A stretch of DNA of 64,000 nucleotides from the NCBI GenBank assembly GCA_023446735.1, contig JAEXPQ010000150.1, positions 22,257 to 86,256 on the forward strand, given 5' to 3'. The position numbers and the translations under genes are program-made. This document shows, one piece after another, positions 18,543 to 27,886 of the stretch (positions are counted from its first letter, which is position 1; each line of letters starts with the position of its first letter). The notes under the pieces are model-generated. The model was not told the origin of the DNA and ran no database searches. It saw only the letters and a program-made list of their open reading frames with translations. This DNA is from Verrucomicrobiota bacterium (lineage in GTDB: Bacteria; Verrucomicrobiota; Verrucomicrobiia; Opitutales; Opitutaceae).

Positions 18543-19721
18543 ATGAAGCCTCGAATCCTAATCACGAGTTCCGTGGTTCCCGCTCTGGACCGGGGCGGCG
18601 GCTGTCTCGCGCTTCACCGGCATTTTTGTGAGCGACATGATTTTGATGTGGCGGTGGCCAGTCGCTGGCCAGCGCCGGAAGGTTGCGGGACGCAATTTCG
18701 GATCCGCGGCACCAGGGCGGGAGCCGTCGCGCGCCGCATTGGATTGGCACGTTGGGCGGAGAATCTGAATTATCTGTGTAGCGGGGTGCTCCTGCCACAA
18801 GATCTGCTGACGTTCGCGCTGAGTTGGAAACCTGATGCGATTTTCAGTGTCGCTGATGACTTTCATGCCCCGATTGGGCTCAGGCTTGCGCGTCGCCTGG
18901 GGGTCCCTTTCGTGATCAACTTTCAGGATCTGTTCGCCTGCTCGAATTTTCTGCCGCGCCGGCAGCAGCCCTTTCCGTGGATGGTTCCTTTTCTGTTGAG
19001 AAGATATCGGCGTTTACAGGACGAAGCCGACGCTGTGTTTCACACCTGTGAGGGGATGCGGTCTTGGTTTGGAGCCGCTGGGCGCGGCGATGTTCTTTAT
19101 CCCTTGGGCGGTTTCAGTTCCATAAGGGCAGGCGGAGAGGCTGTCCTGCATAGGGGGCGCATGAGCTTGGTCTATGCAGGGAATTGCTATGGTCCGTATG
19201 GTGAGATGATTCTACGCTTAGCCCGCCGATTGGTTGATCATCCCCGGTGGTCGTTGGTAATATTCGCCATGGGTAACGATTGGTGCCGGGAGGATGTATC
19301 CTTCTTGACGCAAGCCGGCGTTTTCCGGGGCTATCGGCCGTTTGCCGATCTGGAGACTGAATTTGCTCGGGCTGGCGCACTGTTGACCGTTATGAGTTTT
19401 CGCCCTGAGGACAGGATCTTTATGGAAACCAGCTTCACGACCAAGGTGGTTGATTATCTAGCCTGCGCAAAGCCGATCCTGGCGTGGGCACCGGAATACT
19501 CCAGCGTGGGTCATTTCGCCGCAGCGACCGGTGCGGCAATCTTGGTGGCGCAACCAGATGAAGACGCTGTGATTGCGGCGTTGGAGGCTTCGCAGAGCGA
19601 TCCCGATCGGTGGCGTATGGTCCTTGCAGCTGCGGCCCGGGTCGCCGGGGAGGGATTTGCACCGGAGCGTCAGCATCGGTTGTTTCTCGACCGGGTCATA
19701 GAACTGGTCGCCCGGTCATGA
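18543..19721 (+). CDS. GT-B fold glycosyltransferase (GT4-like)
   Basis: 392 aa from ATG 18543. The C-terminal METSFTTKVVDYLACAKPILAW resembles the E-x7-E/nucleotide-sugar binding helix of GT4 enzymes. Confidence 0.6.
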   Translation: MKPRILITSSVVPALDRGGGCLALHRHFCERHDFDVAVASRWPAPEGCGTQFRIRGTRAGAVARRIGLARWAENLNYLCSGVLLPQDLLTFALSWKPDAIFSVADDFHAPIGLRLARRLGVPFVINFQDLFACSNFLPRRQQPFPWMVPFLLRRYRRLQDEADAVFHTCEGMRSWFGAAGRGDVLYPLGGFSSIRAGGEAVLHRGRMSLVYAGNCYGPYGEMILRLARRLVDHPRWSLVIFAMGNDWCREDVSFLTQAGVFRGYRPFADLETEFARAGALLTVMSFRPEDRIFMETSFTTKVVDYLACAKPILAWAPEYSSVGHFAAATGAAILVAQPDEDAVIAALEASQSDPDRWRMVLAAAARVAGEGFAPERQHRLFLDRVIELVARS

Positions 19722-19734
19722 TGGATGCCTCTCC

Positions 19735-20220
19735 ATGGTCTTGCGACAGGAACATCGCCGCCTGCTCGAAGCGGGTGGCCGTAGTCTCACCGGCACCAAG
19801 TTCCTCTGGTTGCAAGGGGCCGTGCCCGAGGGCGACCGCGCGCTGACCTTCGACGAGCTGTGCGAACGCAACCTAAAGACCGCGCGAGCTTGCACCCACA
19901 AGGAGACCTTCATCGAGTTCTAGAGCCAGGATAGCGCCGAACGCGGCCAGCACTTCTTCACGCAGTGGTATAACGCCGTCGCGCGCAGCAAACTCGAGCC
20001 GCTCAAGAAGGCCGCACGCACGCTCAAGGCCCATCTGCTTGGCCTGCTCAACTACTTCACTCACCCCGTCACCAACGCGCTCACCGAAGGCTTCAACTCC
20101 CGCATCCAAACCATCAAAGCCGATGCCCGTGGCTTCCGCAGCTTCGCCAACTACCGTATCCGCACCCTCTTCCATTGCGGCAGACTCGACCTCCGCCCAA
20201 CCATCACGCCCCAATCCTAG
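19735..20220 (+). pseudogene. ISL3-family transposase remnant (C-terminal ~160 codons, in-frame TAG)
   Basis: KFLWLQG...LKTARACTHKETFIEF-*-SQD...LLNYFTHPVTNALTEGFNSRIQTIKADARGFRSFANYRIRTLFHCG is the conserved ISL3 C-terminus (N-x3-EG-x-N-x2-I...GF). The N-terminal ~250 codons are missing. A TAG at 19921-19923 sits where family members have Trp. Confidence 0.8.
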
Positions 20221-20383
20221 CCACTAAGGTTCCCGAAGAACCACGTTATTCCAGGCTCACGACCGAAATTCTTCCTAACGGTGCTTGCCGGAGATCCGCG
20301 GCCTGTTGTCTTGCGAACCGTTCACGGTGGTTGAGTTTGGCGAGTGTCACTGTTTGGCTGGGCCATATGAACCCGATCCTAAC

Positions 20384-21130
20384 GTGGTGTTGACGATCAT
20401 CACAATTTCCAAAGGCGATCAGCGTGGAGGCGTAGCCACACTTGCCAGCACCCAGGATTTGCGGGCGCTGCGCGGGGTTGAACATATTGTGGTAGATGGT
20501 GATGGCTCGCTGCGCGAGGAGGCCGAGTCGAGAGGGTGCTGTTGGGTGCGACAGGCTGGAACCGGGATATCAGGAGCATTCAATGAGGGAATTGCGCTGG
20601 CACGAGGAGAGTGGGTTTGGTTTCTCAACGGCGGAGACAGGATGGCGCCAGAACTGCCTCCTAGGTTTCTTGTATCTCTGCTTCAGCTGTCGGTTGCCGA
20701 TGTATTGATCGGGGCGACAAGATACGAAGGAGCCGAGAAACTGACAGATCATCCTCCGCTTCTGGGGCGCTGGCCTCCGGTTCGACCGTGGATCCCGCAC
20801 CCATCGACTTTGGTGCGGCGGCAATTGTTTGCCCAGTTTGGTTCCTTCGACGAGCGCTACCGTATCGCAATGGACTATGAGTGGTGGTTGCGCGTTCTTT
20901 CATCGCATGTTTCAGCGGATGTTCTATCTGTTCCTTTCAGTGTGTTCGCAGGAGGAGGTGTAAGCCAGAGGCTGGAGTCCAAACCACTTATCGCTGACGA
21001 GCGGGACGCCGCAATTCGTCGCCATCAGATCTGCCTCTGGCGGACGATTCTTGTATCAGTGGTGCGTTTTGGTCGGATGTGGCTTGTGGCGTGCGTCGCG
21101 ATGCTTCTTCCTCGCAGCAAGCGGCGATAG
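20384..21130 (+). CDS. GT2 family glycosyltransferase
   Basis: VLTIITISKGD..., HIVVDGDGS, and GISGAFNEGIALARGEWVWFLNGGD form a GT-A core with a D-x-D-like NGGD. The start is uncertain (GTG 20384/20387, GTG 20327 or TTG 20285). Confidence 0.75.
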   Translation: MVLTIITISKGDQRGGVATLASTQDLRALRGVEHIVVDGDGSLREEAESRGCCWVRQAGTGISGAFNEGIALARGEWVWFLNGGDRMAPELPPRFLVSLLQLSVADVLIGATRYEGAEKLTDHPPLLGRWPPVRPWIPHPSTLVRRQLFAQFGSFDERYRIAMDYEWWLRVLSSHVSADVLSVPFSVFAGGGVSQRLESKPLIADERDAAIRRHQICLWRTILVSVVRFGRMWLVACVAMLLPRSKRR

Positions 21131-21158
21131 CAGGACGCTCCGCACATTTTCCAGCCCC

Positions 21159-21842
21159 ATGAAGATCCCTCGTTTTGCGTCAACTATTCTGAGGCGCCTC
21201 TTCCCGAAGTACCCATCCGATCCCCGCCGCCGCTTTCGGCGGATCTACGAGAAGAACCTTTTCGGCGGGAAAGAATCTCGCTCGGGCCCCGGATCGTCCA
21301 TGGAGCAGACCCAAGTCCTTCGCAAAGAGCTGCGAGCACTGCTCGAAAGGCTCGCGGTCAATAGTCTGCTCGATGCACCCTGTGGAGACTGCAACTGGAT
21401 GCGAGCGGCCGACTTGGGCGCGGTTACCTACACGGGTGTGGATATCGTGCCGGAGTTGATCGAAGCGAACCGGACTCGGTTCGCGAGCAGGGGGATACGT
21501 TTTATGGTGGCGGATCTCAGCAGGGATCCTTTGCCGAGAGCGGATCTGATCTTCTGCCGCGATTGTCTTGTGCATCTGCCATTTGAGCAGATACGCGCGT
21601 GCTTGGTGAACTTCCTCGAGAGCGGCGCGACTTACCTCATGGCAACGACCTTCACGGCGACCCAATTGAATCAGGATTTGGAGCCTGGGGCGATCTGGCG
21701 CCCGTTGAATATGGAACGTGCTCCGTTCTGCTTTCCACCACCCGAGTACTTGCTTTTTGAGCAATGCACTGAGGATTCGGGCCGCTATCCGGACAAGTCG
21801 ATGGGTGTGTGGCGGCTCTCCGACCTGAAACCACTCCGATGA
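21159..21842 (+). CDS. class I SAM-dependent methyltransferase
   Basis: LLDAPCGDCNWM motif-I variant, YTGVDIVPELI, and DLIFCRDCLVHLP. The start is ATG 21159. Confidence 0.75.
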   Translation: MKIPRFASTILRRLFPKYPSDPRRRFRRIYEKNLFGGKESRSGPGSSMEQTQVLRKELRALLERLAVNSLLDAPCGDCNWMRAADLGAVTYTGVDIVPELIEANRTRFASRGIRFMVADLSRDPLPRADLIFCRDCLVHLPFEQIRACLVNFLESGATYLMATTFTATQLNQDLEPGAIWRPLNMERAPFCFPPPEYLLFEQCTEDSGRYPDKSMGVWRLSDLKPLR

Positions 21843-21963
21843 GGGCACCTCGGCTGAATACGCGGCGGCCTTGTTCCGGGCTCAAGACGGATTGGGCGAT
21901 TGGGATTTCGCGACGTTTTGTGCGCCCGTTGGTGGGGTACCATGGCGAAAAGGAGCGGTTTCG

Positions 21964-23178
21964 ATGAGTTCGTCCGGGCAGCGCGATCGCGAGCCCGTCC
22001 GCGGGCCGCTCCGTATCCTTGCGCTTGGGCATGAGGCGAGTCGGTCTGGTGCACCGTTGATACATCTTGGCTGGCTTCGTTGGGCCGCGAGGAGGCCAGA
22101 ACGTTTCAAGGTTCATTCTGTGCTGATCCGGGGGGGGGCCTTGTTGGCCGAATGGCCGCAGTTGTCGTCGGTCACCCTTTTGAGCCGAATGGTTAGCCAT
22201 TGCGGACCGTATCGCAGACTGTTTCTGAAGTTTCTCGATCGGCCATACTTTCTGCGATCACGTTTCCGGAGATTATGGACGACCCTATCGTCTGAGGGTG
22301 TTGATGTTGTGCTGGTGAATTCACAGGCGGCGGGATGTATGGTCCCGGTATTGGGAAGGAATCATCCCCCAGTGGTGCTTCATTCCCACGAGTTGGCGGG
22401 GTACTCCAACCGGTTTGTCCACCCCGCCGATCGCCGCTATCTGCGAGAGCACGTCGCGGTTTGGATCGCTGTTTCGGAGGCCGGGGGACGACATGTCATC
22501 GACAATTGGGCCGTCGCGGGCAGCAAAGTGAAGGTAATCCGGAATTTCGTGCTCCCTGTGCCCGGGCTGGATTGTGACCGTTTTGAGTTGAGGCGTCAGC
22601 TTGCCGTTGAACATGGGCTGCCCGGAGATCGCGTTTGGGTACTTGCCGTGGGCGGGCTGGACCCAGTCAAGGGGCCGGAGGTGTTCATAGAGGTGGCGTC
22701 GGAGATGGCGACGGTCTGCCCGGGCTCTGTGCTCTGTATTTGGATCGGAGGCGGGGTGGATGGCCCTTATGGGCGAGCATTGCTCCGTTTGCCTGGAGCA
22801 AGTAATGTATGTTTTCTGGGTGCTCGTACAGACGTTGGCCGTTGGCTTGCGGCTGCAGATATGATGCTTTTGTCATCGATCGAAGAGAGCTCTTCACTGG
22901 CCGTGCTGGAGGCTGCGCAGCTAGGAACCCCTGTGATCGCGTTCAGAGGCACGGGAGGCCCCGATGAAATGCTTGATGATGGCGGAGGCCAACTGGTCCC
23001 GGATCGCACCGGGGCGGCGATGGCGCAAGCCGTCCGCCGATGGCTAGATCATCCGCAAGAGCGAGCTAGTGTGGCTGCCGTCGCACGGGAACGTGTACGG
23101 AAGGAAGCGGACTATGAGCGCCAATGCGAGAAGATTGCGGGTGTCCTAGAATCGGTCGTTCGTGAACCTACAACATGA
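21964..23178 (+). CDS. GT4 family glycosyltransferase
   Basis: LRILALGHEASRSGAPL at the N-terminus. C-terminal LLSSIEESSSLAVLEAAQLGTPVIAF matches the E-x7-E motif. Contains a G9 run at 22130-22138. Confidence 0.82.
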   Translation: MSSSGQRDREPVRGPLRILALGHEASRSGAPLIHLGWLRWAARRPERFKVHSVLIRGGALLAEWPQLSSVTLLSRMVSHCGPYRRLFLKFLDRPYFLRSRFRRLWTTLSSEGVDVVLVNSQAAGCMVPVLGRNHPPVVLHSHELAGYSNRFVHPADRRYLREHVAVWIAVSEAGGRHVIDNWAVAGSKVKVIRNFVLPVPGLDCDRFELRRQLAVEHGLPGDRVWVLAVGGLDPVKGPEVFIEVASEMATVCPGSVLCIWIGGGVDGPYGRALLRLPGASNVCFLGARTDVGRWLAAADMMLLSSIEESSSLAVLEAAQLGTPVIAFRGTGGPDEMLDDGGGQLVPDRTGAAMAQAVRRWLDHPQERASVAAVARERVRKEADYERQCEKIAGVLESVVREPTT

Positions 23179-24152
23179 CGTCGGCCACTGCGATCATTGT
23201 GCTCAACTGGAACGGGCGCTCGCACCTGGAACCCTGCCTCGCGGCGTTGGCGGTTCAGACGTGCCGGGCTCGCGAAGTGATAGTCGTCGACAATGGTTCC
23301 ACCGACGACTCGGTCGCCTGGCTGCGTGACCAGACGAGTCTCCCGGTCCGGTTGGTCGCCCTTGATGAGAACCGTGGCTTTGCGGGTGGCAATGCGGCTG
23401 GACTTGCGGTGGTTGCTCAGGGCATTGAGTTCGTCGTGCTGCTCAACAACGACACCGCACCCGAACCGGGATGGTTGGAGGCGTTGGTCAAGGCGGCCGA
23501 GGCTGACGGGCGCCGTGGCGCTATCGCGTCGCTTCTCGTGGATTGGACTGGCTCCGTGATCGACAGTGCCGGAATCGGGCTACGGGTCACGGGGCGAGGG
23601 TATCAGCGGCAGCGCCGGATGCCGCGGTCCGCGGCGATGCCGTCTGGCCCGGTTTTCGGGGCCTGCGCCGGCGCAGCGCTCTACCGTCGGACGATGTTGG
23701 ATGAAGTCGGCTTTCTGGACGAACGCTTCTTCATGAACGGCGAGGACACGGACCTGTCGTTTCGTGCACGGTTGGCGGGTTGGGAGGTCTGGTACTGCGC
23801 CGAAGCGGTGGTGCGCCACCGGGTGAGTGCCAGCCAAGGGGCGGGAAGTGCGTCGAGTGTTTACTTCAACGAGCGCAATTGGATCTGGTCGGTGATAAAA
23901 TGCATGCCGGCTGGTCTTTGGTGGAAATACTCGTGGCTCCAGATGTTCGAACTACCGGCGCGTGGTGGTTTCTTTTTGTTGCAGGGGCGGTTTGGCCCCT
24001 GGCTACGCGGTATCTTGGTCGGAGTCGCTGGGGCGTGGGAGTTCCGGTCGGATCGACGCCGGATTCAGGGGCGGCGCCGAATCCGGGCGCGGGACCTTGA
24101 TCGTATGCTGGTGTACCCGGCCCAACTTGGTGGACGTGACAACGCGTCCTGA
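23175..24152 (+). CDS. GT2 family glycosyltransferase (rhamnosyltransferase-like)
   Basis: AIIVLNWNGRSHLEPCL...VIVVDNGSTDDS, LLNNDT, and NGEDTDL (DxD). ATGA overlap with the upstream gene. Confidence 0.85.
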   Translation: MTSATAIIVLNWNGRSHLEPCLAALAVQTCRAREVIVVDNGSTDDSVAWLRDQTSLPVRLVALDENRGFAGGNAAGLAVVAQGIEFVVLLNNDTAPEPGWLEALVKAAEADGRRGAIASLLVDWTGSVIDSAGIGLRVTGRGYQRQRRMPRSAAMPSGPVFGACAGAALYRRTMLDEVGFLDERFFMNGEDTDLSFRARLAGWEVWYCAEAVVRHRVSASQGAGSASSVYFNERNWIWSVIKCMPAGLWWKYSWLQMFELPARGGFFLLQGRFGPWLRGILVGVAGAWEFRSDRRRIQGRRRIRARDLDRMLVYPAQLGGRDNAS

Positions 24153-24160
24153 GTGATCCC

Positions 24161-25093
24161 ATGAGAAGCGCGTCCCTGATCGGTGCGGTGGTGGTGACTT
24201 TTCATCCTGATGGGCGGGCGCTGGAGCGGTGGGACGCGATCAAGGCCGAGGTCGGGCGGATGGTAGTGGTCGACAATGGTTCCTCGCGCGGAGTCATTGA
24301 TCGGCTGAGACATTGGACTACGGCGAATGATGCGACGCTCGTTTCCAATCCGACCAATCGCGGGCTGGCGATGGCGCTGAATCAGGGGATCGAGTGGTGT
24401 GAGCGTGCGGGATGCGAGTGGGTGATCACGTTTGATCAGGATAGTACCCCGCTGCCCGGCTTCGCAGCGGCCGGGTTGGCGACCGCCCGGGCCGCTGTCG
24501 ATCGGGAGCGAGTGGCGGTGGTCGGGGCTCGGACGAGCGATGAATGCACGGGCCGTGAGGACCTTTGGTTGCGGCCGGCCTGGCATGGTTTCCGGCGTTG
24601 CCGCTGCGATCGCGAGGACCTCGCGGAGGTGACGTTCGTGATCACCTCGGGGGCGCTGACGCGCGTAGCCGCCTGGCGGGACCTGGGCGGTTTCGACGAC
24701 CGCTTGTTCATCGACTACATCGACCACGATTTCTGTTTGCGCGCGCGCCGGCGCGGCTGGCGCACCATGGTGAGTGCCGGAGCGCGGCTTTCGCACAACC
24801 TCGGGGCGAAGCGTGAGGTCGCTGTCGCGGGTCGGCGCCTGCATCCAACCTTCCATAGTGCGACGCGGCATTACTATATGATGCGCAATCGCATCTTGAT
24901 GTGGAAGCGGCACGGTTGGCGGTACCCGCATTGGTGGCTGTTCGATGCCTGCTTCGGCCTGATGAATTTCGTTCGAGTGTTGCTGGCAGAGGATCGCCGG
25001 GTTGATAAGGCGCGGGCTGCACTCGAAGGCCTGTGGGATGGTTTGTGCGGACGGGGCGGGGCACGGCGGACGGCCCCGTCTGCTCGCCGGTGA
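24161..25093 (+). CDS. GT2 family glycosyltransferase (WbbL/rhamnosyltransferase-like)
   Basis: AVVVTFHPD...VVVDNGSS, TFDQDS, and IDYIDHDFCLRARRRGW. Confidence 0.85.
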   Translation: MRSASLIGAVVVTFHPDGRALERWDAIKAEVGRMVVVDNGSSRGVIDRLRHWTTANDATLVSNPTNRGLAMALNQGIEWCERAGCEWVITFDQDSTPLPGFAAAGLATARAAVDRERVAVVGARTSDECTGREDLWLRPAWHGFRRCRCDREDLAEVTFVITSGALTRVAAWRDLGGFDDRLFIDYIDHDFCLRARRRGWRTMVSAGARLSHNLGAKREVAVAGRRLHPTFHSATRHYYMMRNRILMWKRHGWRYPHWWLFDACFGLMNFVRVLLAEDRRVDKARAALEGLWDGLCGRGGARRTAPSARR

Positions 25094-25152
25094 GTTCTCG
25101 TGTCGGGAAACGTTCTTGCGCGGGAAGATTGGCGACGGCACTCCTTCGTGCG

Positions 25153-27075
25153 ATGGATCTCTCATCGAAGTTACGATGGCTCTCCGGGCCCCTTGTCGGT
25201 TCTGGACGGTGCCATCGGTGGCTGCCTTTGCTCGGGCTGGGCCTGCTTGTGTTTGGGGCACGTTTGGTGCTGATCCAGAATCTGGCCAACGATCTGCCGT
25301 ACATGGATCAATGGGATGCAGAGGCGCGCCAATTGTTTGTGCCGTTTCGTGAGGGCGGCGATTGGTGGTCGGCCTTGTGGGCTCCGCACAATGAACACCG
25401 AATAGTGGGCACGAGGTTCTTGGCTTTGGGGTTGTTGTGGGCCAACGGGCAGTGGGACCCGTTGCTGGAGATGACGGTCAACGCGGCGATCTGTGCGGTT
25501 TGGTTCATGGTCCTCGGGGCGCTTGGGTGGTGGTTGCCGGCCCTCGCTCGGTCCGTTTGGTGGACGGTGCTCGTTGGGTTTGGTGCAGCGCCCTACGGCT
25601 GGGAGAACACGTTGTTCGGTTTCCAGAGCCACGTGTACTTGATGCAACTGTTTGGCGCGGTGGCTTTGGCTCTCGCCTTTCGGGCGCGAGGGCCCAGCGC
25701 TTGTCTTGGGGCAACCACCTTGGCGCTCGTCTCCGCACTTTCGGGTGCTGGCGGGTTCTTGCTCGCTGCCCCGTTCGCATTGATGGCTCTGCAGGAACTG
25801 CGCGCCCGCCGCTGGACGGGAAGCGTGTGGTGGGTGGGGGCGGTTGCGGTGCTTGTTTTTGTTGCGATTGGACTGCGGAACCAGGTTCCCGGGCATGCCA
25901 TGCTGCAATCGAACGATTACGCGAGTTTCGTGGTGGTGTTTCTGTCTTACCTCTCGTGGCCCCTGCCGCCCCAAGGCCTATGGCCGGTGGTGATGATTCT
26001 CCCGTTTCTACTGCTTGGGGTTCGGGTTCTGCGACAGGCCGATTGGCGGGCGCTGGATATGTTCCCCTTGGGCTTGGCCGCGTGGGGCGTCGCAATGGCG
26101 GCTGTGCTCGCGTGGAGTCGTGGGACTCCCGTTCTTTTCGGCAGTGGAGTTTTTTCGCGGTATAGCGAGATGGTTGTGATCATCCCACTCGCGAGCGTGC
26201 TCAGCGCCCTGGTCCTCTGCCGGGCCGCGACCGGCCAGTGGCGGCGTCTCGCCCTAGGTTCTGCTGGAGCTTGGGCCGCGGTCGTTGTCGCGGCTGTCGT
26301 GGCGGGCGGATACGGCGAGCGGGCGCAGTTGGTGGTGCAGCGGATGGTCGACCGTCATGTCAGTGCTCGACTGCTTACTCGGGCGCTCTACCAATCCGAT
26401 GTTGCCGTGATCGTGGCCGCGGCAGCCGAGGCAAGGACCTATCCGGATGCGGCAGCGCTTTGGAGCTACCTGAATTCGCCGGTACTGAGCGTCGTACTGC
26501 CACCGTCGCTGCAACGGCCGCTGTTTCAGGGGTGGCTTGATGCTGGAGGACGAGATCGATCGGTTCTGATCGATGGCGCCAGGGTTCCGACCGCTTGGCC
26601 GATGTACAGCAGTATGGAGCGTAGCGTGCCGAATCGCGCCGAGTCGGTCACGTCGTCGTCGTTTTCCGTCGCCAATGGCGGTGTGCTCTTCGATGTATGG
26701 GTTTCGTATGGAGCAGCGGGGCAGATCAGCGTTGTCGCTGAGGACGGGGCGTGGCGCCAAACGTGGTCTTTGGCGGAGTTTCAGCCGAATGAGTGGACCG
26801 AAGTTCTTCAGACTCTCCCCTCCGGCCCAATGCGATTCGAGGTGGTGACCGAGGACCCTTCGGGGGGGGTATTGATCAGTGCTCCGCGTTGGATCGCTTC
26901 CGGATCGGTCTTTGTGCGTGGCGTGGTGGCCAATGGCAGCAGCTTTGTGCTCGGCGGCGCCGGGATCCTCGTGTTTGCGTTGCTTTGGGGAGCAGGGAGA
27001 GCCTCTTCGGCTGTGAGCGGATTTGCATCGAGGCTGGAACCTCTCGATTGTCCTCTGTCCACCCCAAACCCATGA
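25153..27075 (+). CDS. polytopic membrane protein, possible uncharacterised GT-C-type transferase
   Basis: 640 aa from ATG 25153. The first loop is LPYMDQWDAEARQLFVPF (acidic motif). About 12 TM segments precede a ~200-aa beta-rich C-terminal domain and a terminal TM segment. The function is inferred from context only. Confidence 0.6.
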   Translation: MDLSSKLRWLSGPLVGSGRCHRWLPLLGLGLLVFGARLVLIQNLANDLPYMDQWDAEARQLFVPFREGGDWWSALWAPHNEHRIVGTRFLALGLLWANGQWDPLLEMTVNAAICAVWFMVLGALGWWLPALARSVWWTVLVGFGAAPYGWENTLFGFQSHVYLMQLFGAVALALAFRARGPSACLGATTLALVSALSGAGGFLLAAPFALMALQELRARRWTGSVWWVGAVAVLVFVAIGLRNQVPGHAMLQSNDYASFVVVFLSYLSWPLPPQGLWPVVMILPFLLLGVRVLRQADWRALDMFPLGLAAWGVAMAAVLAWSRGTPVLFGSGVFSRYSEMVVIIPLASVLSALVLCRAATGQWRRLALGSAGAWAAVVVAAVVAGGYGERAQLVVQRMVDRHVSARLLTRALYQSDVAVIVAAAAEARTYPDAAALWSYLNSPVLSVVLPPSLQRPLFQGWLDAGGRDRSVLIDGARVPTAWPMYSSMERSVPNRAESVTSSSFSVANGGVLFDVWVSYGAAGQISVVAEDGAWRQTWSLAEFQPNEWTEVLQTLPSGPMRFEVVTEDPSGGVLISAPRWIASGSVFVRGVVANGSSFVLGGAGILVFALLWGAGRASSAVSGFASRLEPLDCPLSTPNP

Positions 27076-27884
27076 GACTTGTTTCCGTTGTGAGTCGTCT
27101 GATCCCCGCGCGGCATCGGAAGAAGGTCCGGAGGCTACTGGCTCGGCTTGGGTGGGAGCACCGCTTCCTCCGTCTCCGCCGGCCGGGACTAAAACACCTC
27201 AGCGGATCTGGAATTGAGATTGGAGCCTTTGAACATCCGGCTCCTGTGCCGCGGCGGTGCCGCACGAAGTATGTCGATGCAATCACTCCGGAGCAGGCCG
27301 CCGCGTTATTCCCCGAAATCGACGTCTCTGCCCTTCTGGTACCGGATTTTGTTCTCGATGTGAACCGCGATGGTTTGAAGGAATTTCCTGATAGGCGGTG
27401 GGATTATGCGATCGCCTGTCATGTGATCGAGCATGTGGAGAATCCCGGGCGCTTCGTCGGCGAATTGTTCCGAGTGGTCAAGCCCGGCGGGGCTGTGGTC
27501 ATCGCAGCGCCGGACAAACGCTTCACGTTTGACCGGGAGCGGCCGGAGACCCCCGAGGCGGACCTCCAGCGGTACTTCCGCGCCGGTCGGACGGTCACGA
27601 GCGCCGATTATGCCGACATATCGACGTACGTCCAGAAAGGGGATCTCGCGTTGAGCCCGGCCGACCGACAGCTGCGATTGGAAAAGTACCATTCACGGCG
27701 TGAACACTTAAGCGTGTGGACGTCGGCGAGCTTCCGCCGTTTCTGGACCGCGGCAATGCGGTGGAACGGCGTCGACGCGGTTCCGCTCTATGAAGTCGAT
27801 GGCGACCAGAACGGGTTCGAGTACTTCGGGGTTTGGCGAAAGCAATCTGCGTGCACGAGCCCGAGTGTTTCGCGCTCCCAATGA
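27072..27884 (+). CDS. SAM-dependent methyltransferase (Methyltransf_11-like)
   Basis: ATGA overlap with the upstream stop. GIEIGAF..., YAIACHVIEHVENPGRFVGELFRVVKPGGAVVIAAPD. Confidence 0.75.
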   Translation: MRLVSVVSRLIPARHRKKVRRLLARLGWEHRFLRLRRPGLKHLSGSGIEIGAFEHPAPVPRRCRTKYVDAITPEQAAALFPEIDVSALLVPDFVLDVNRDGLKEFPDRRWDYAIACHVIEHVENPGRFVGELFRVVKPGGAVVIAAPDKRFTFDRERPETPEADLQRYFRAGRTVTSADYADISTYVQKGDLALSPADRQLRLEKYHSRREHLSVWTSASFRRFWTAAMRWNGVDAVPLYEVDGDQNGFEYFGVWRKQSACTSPSVSRSQ

Positions 27885-27886
27885 AC

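Noticed and set aside
24065-25261. 398-aa minus-strand ORF across the GT2 gene at 24161-25093
   Set aside because: It is an Arg/Pro-rich shadow ORF. The plus-strand frame has canonical GT2 motifs.
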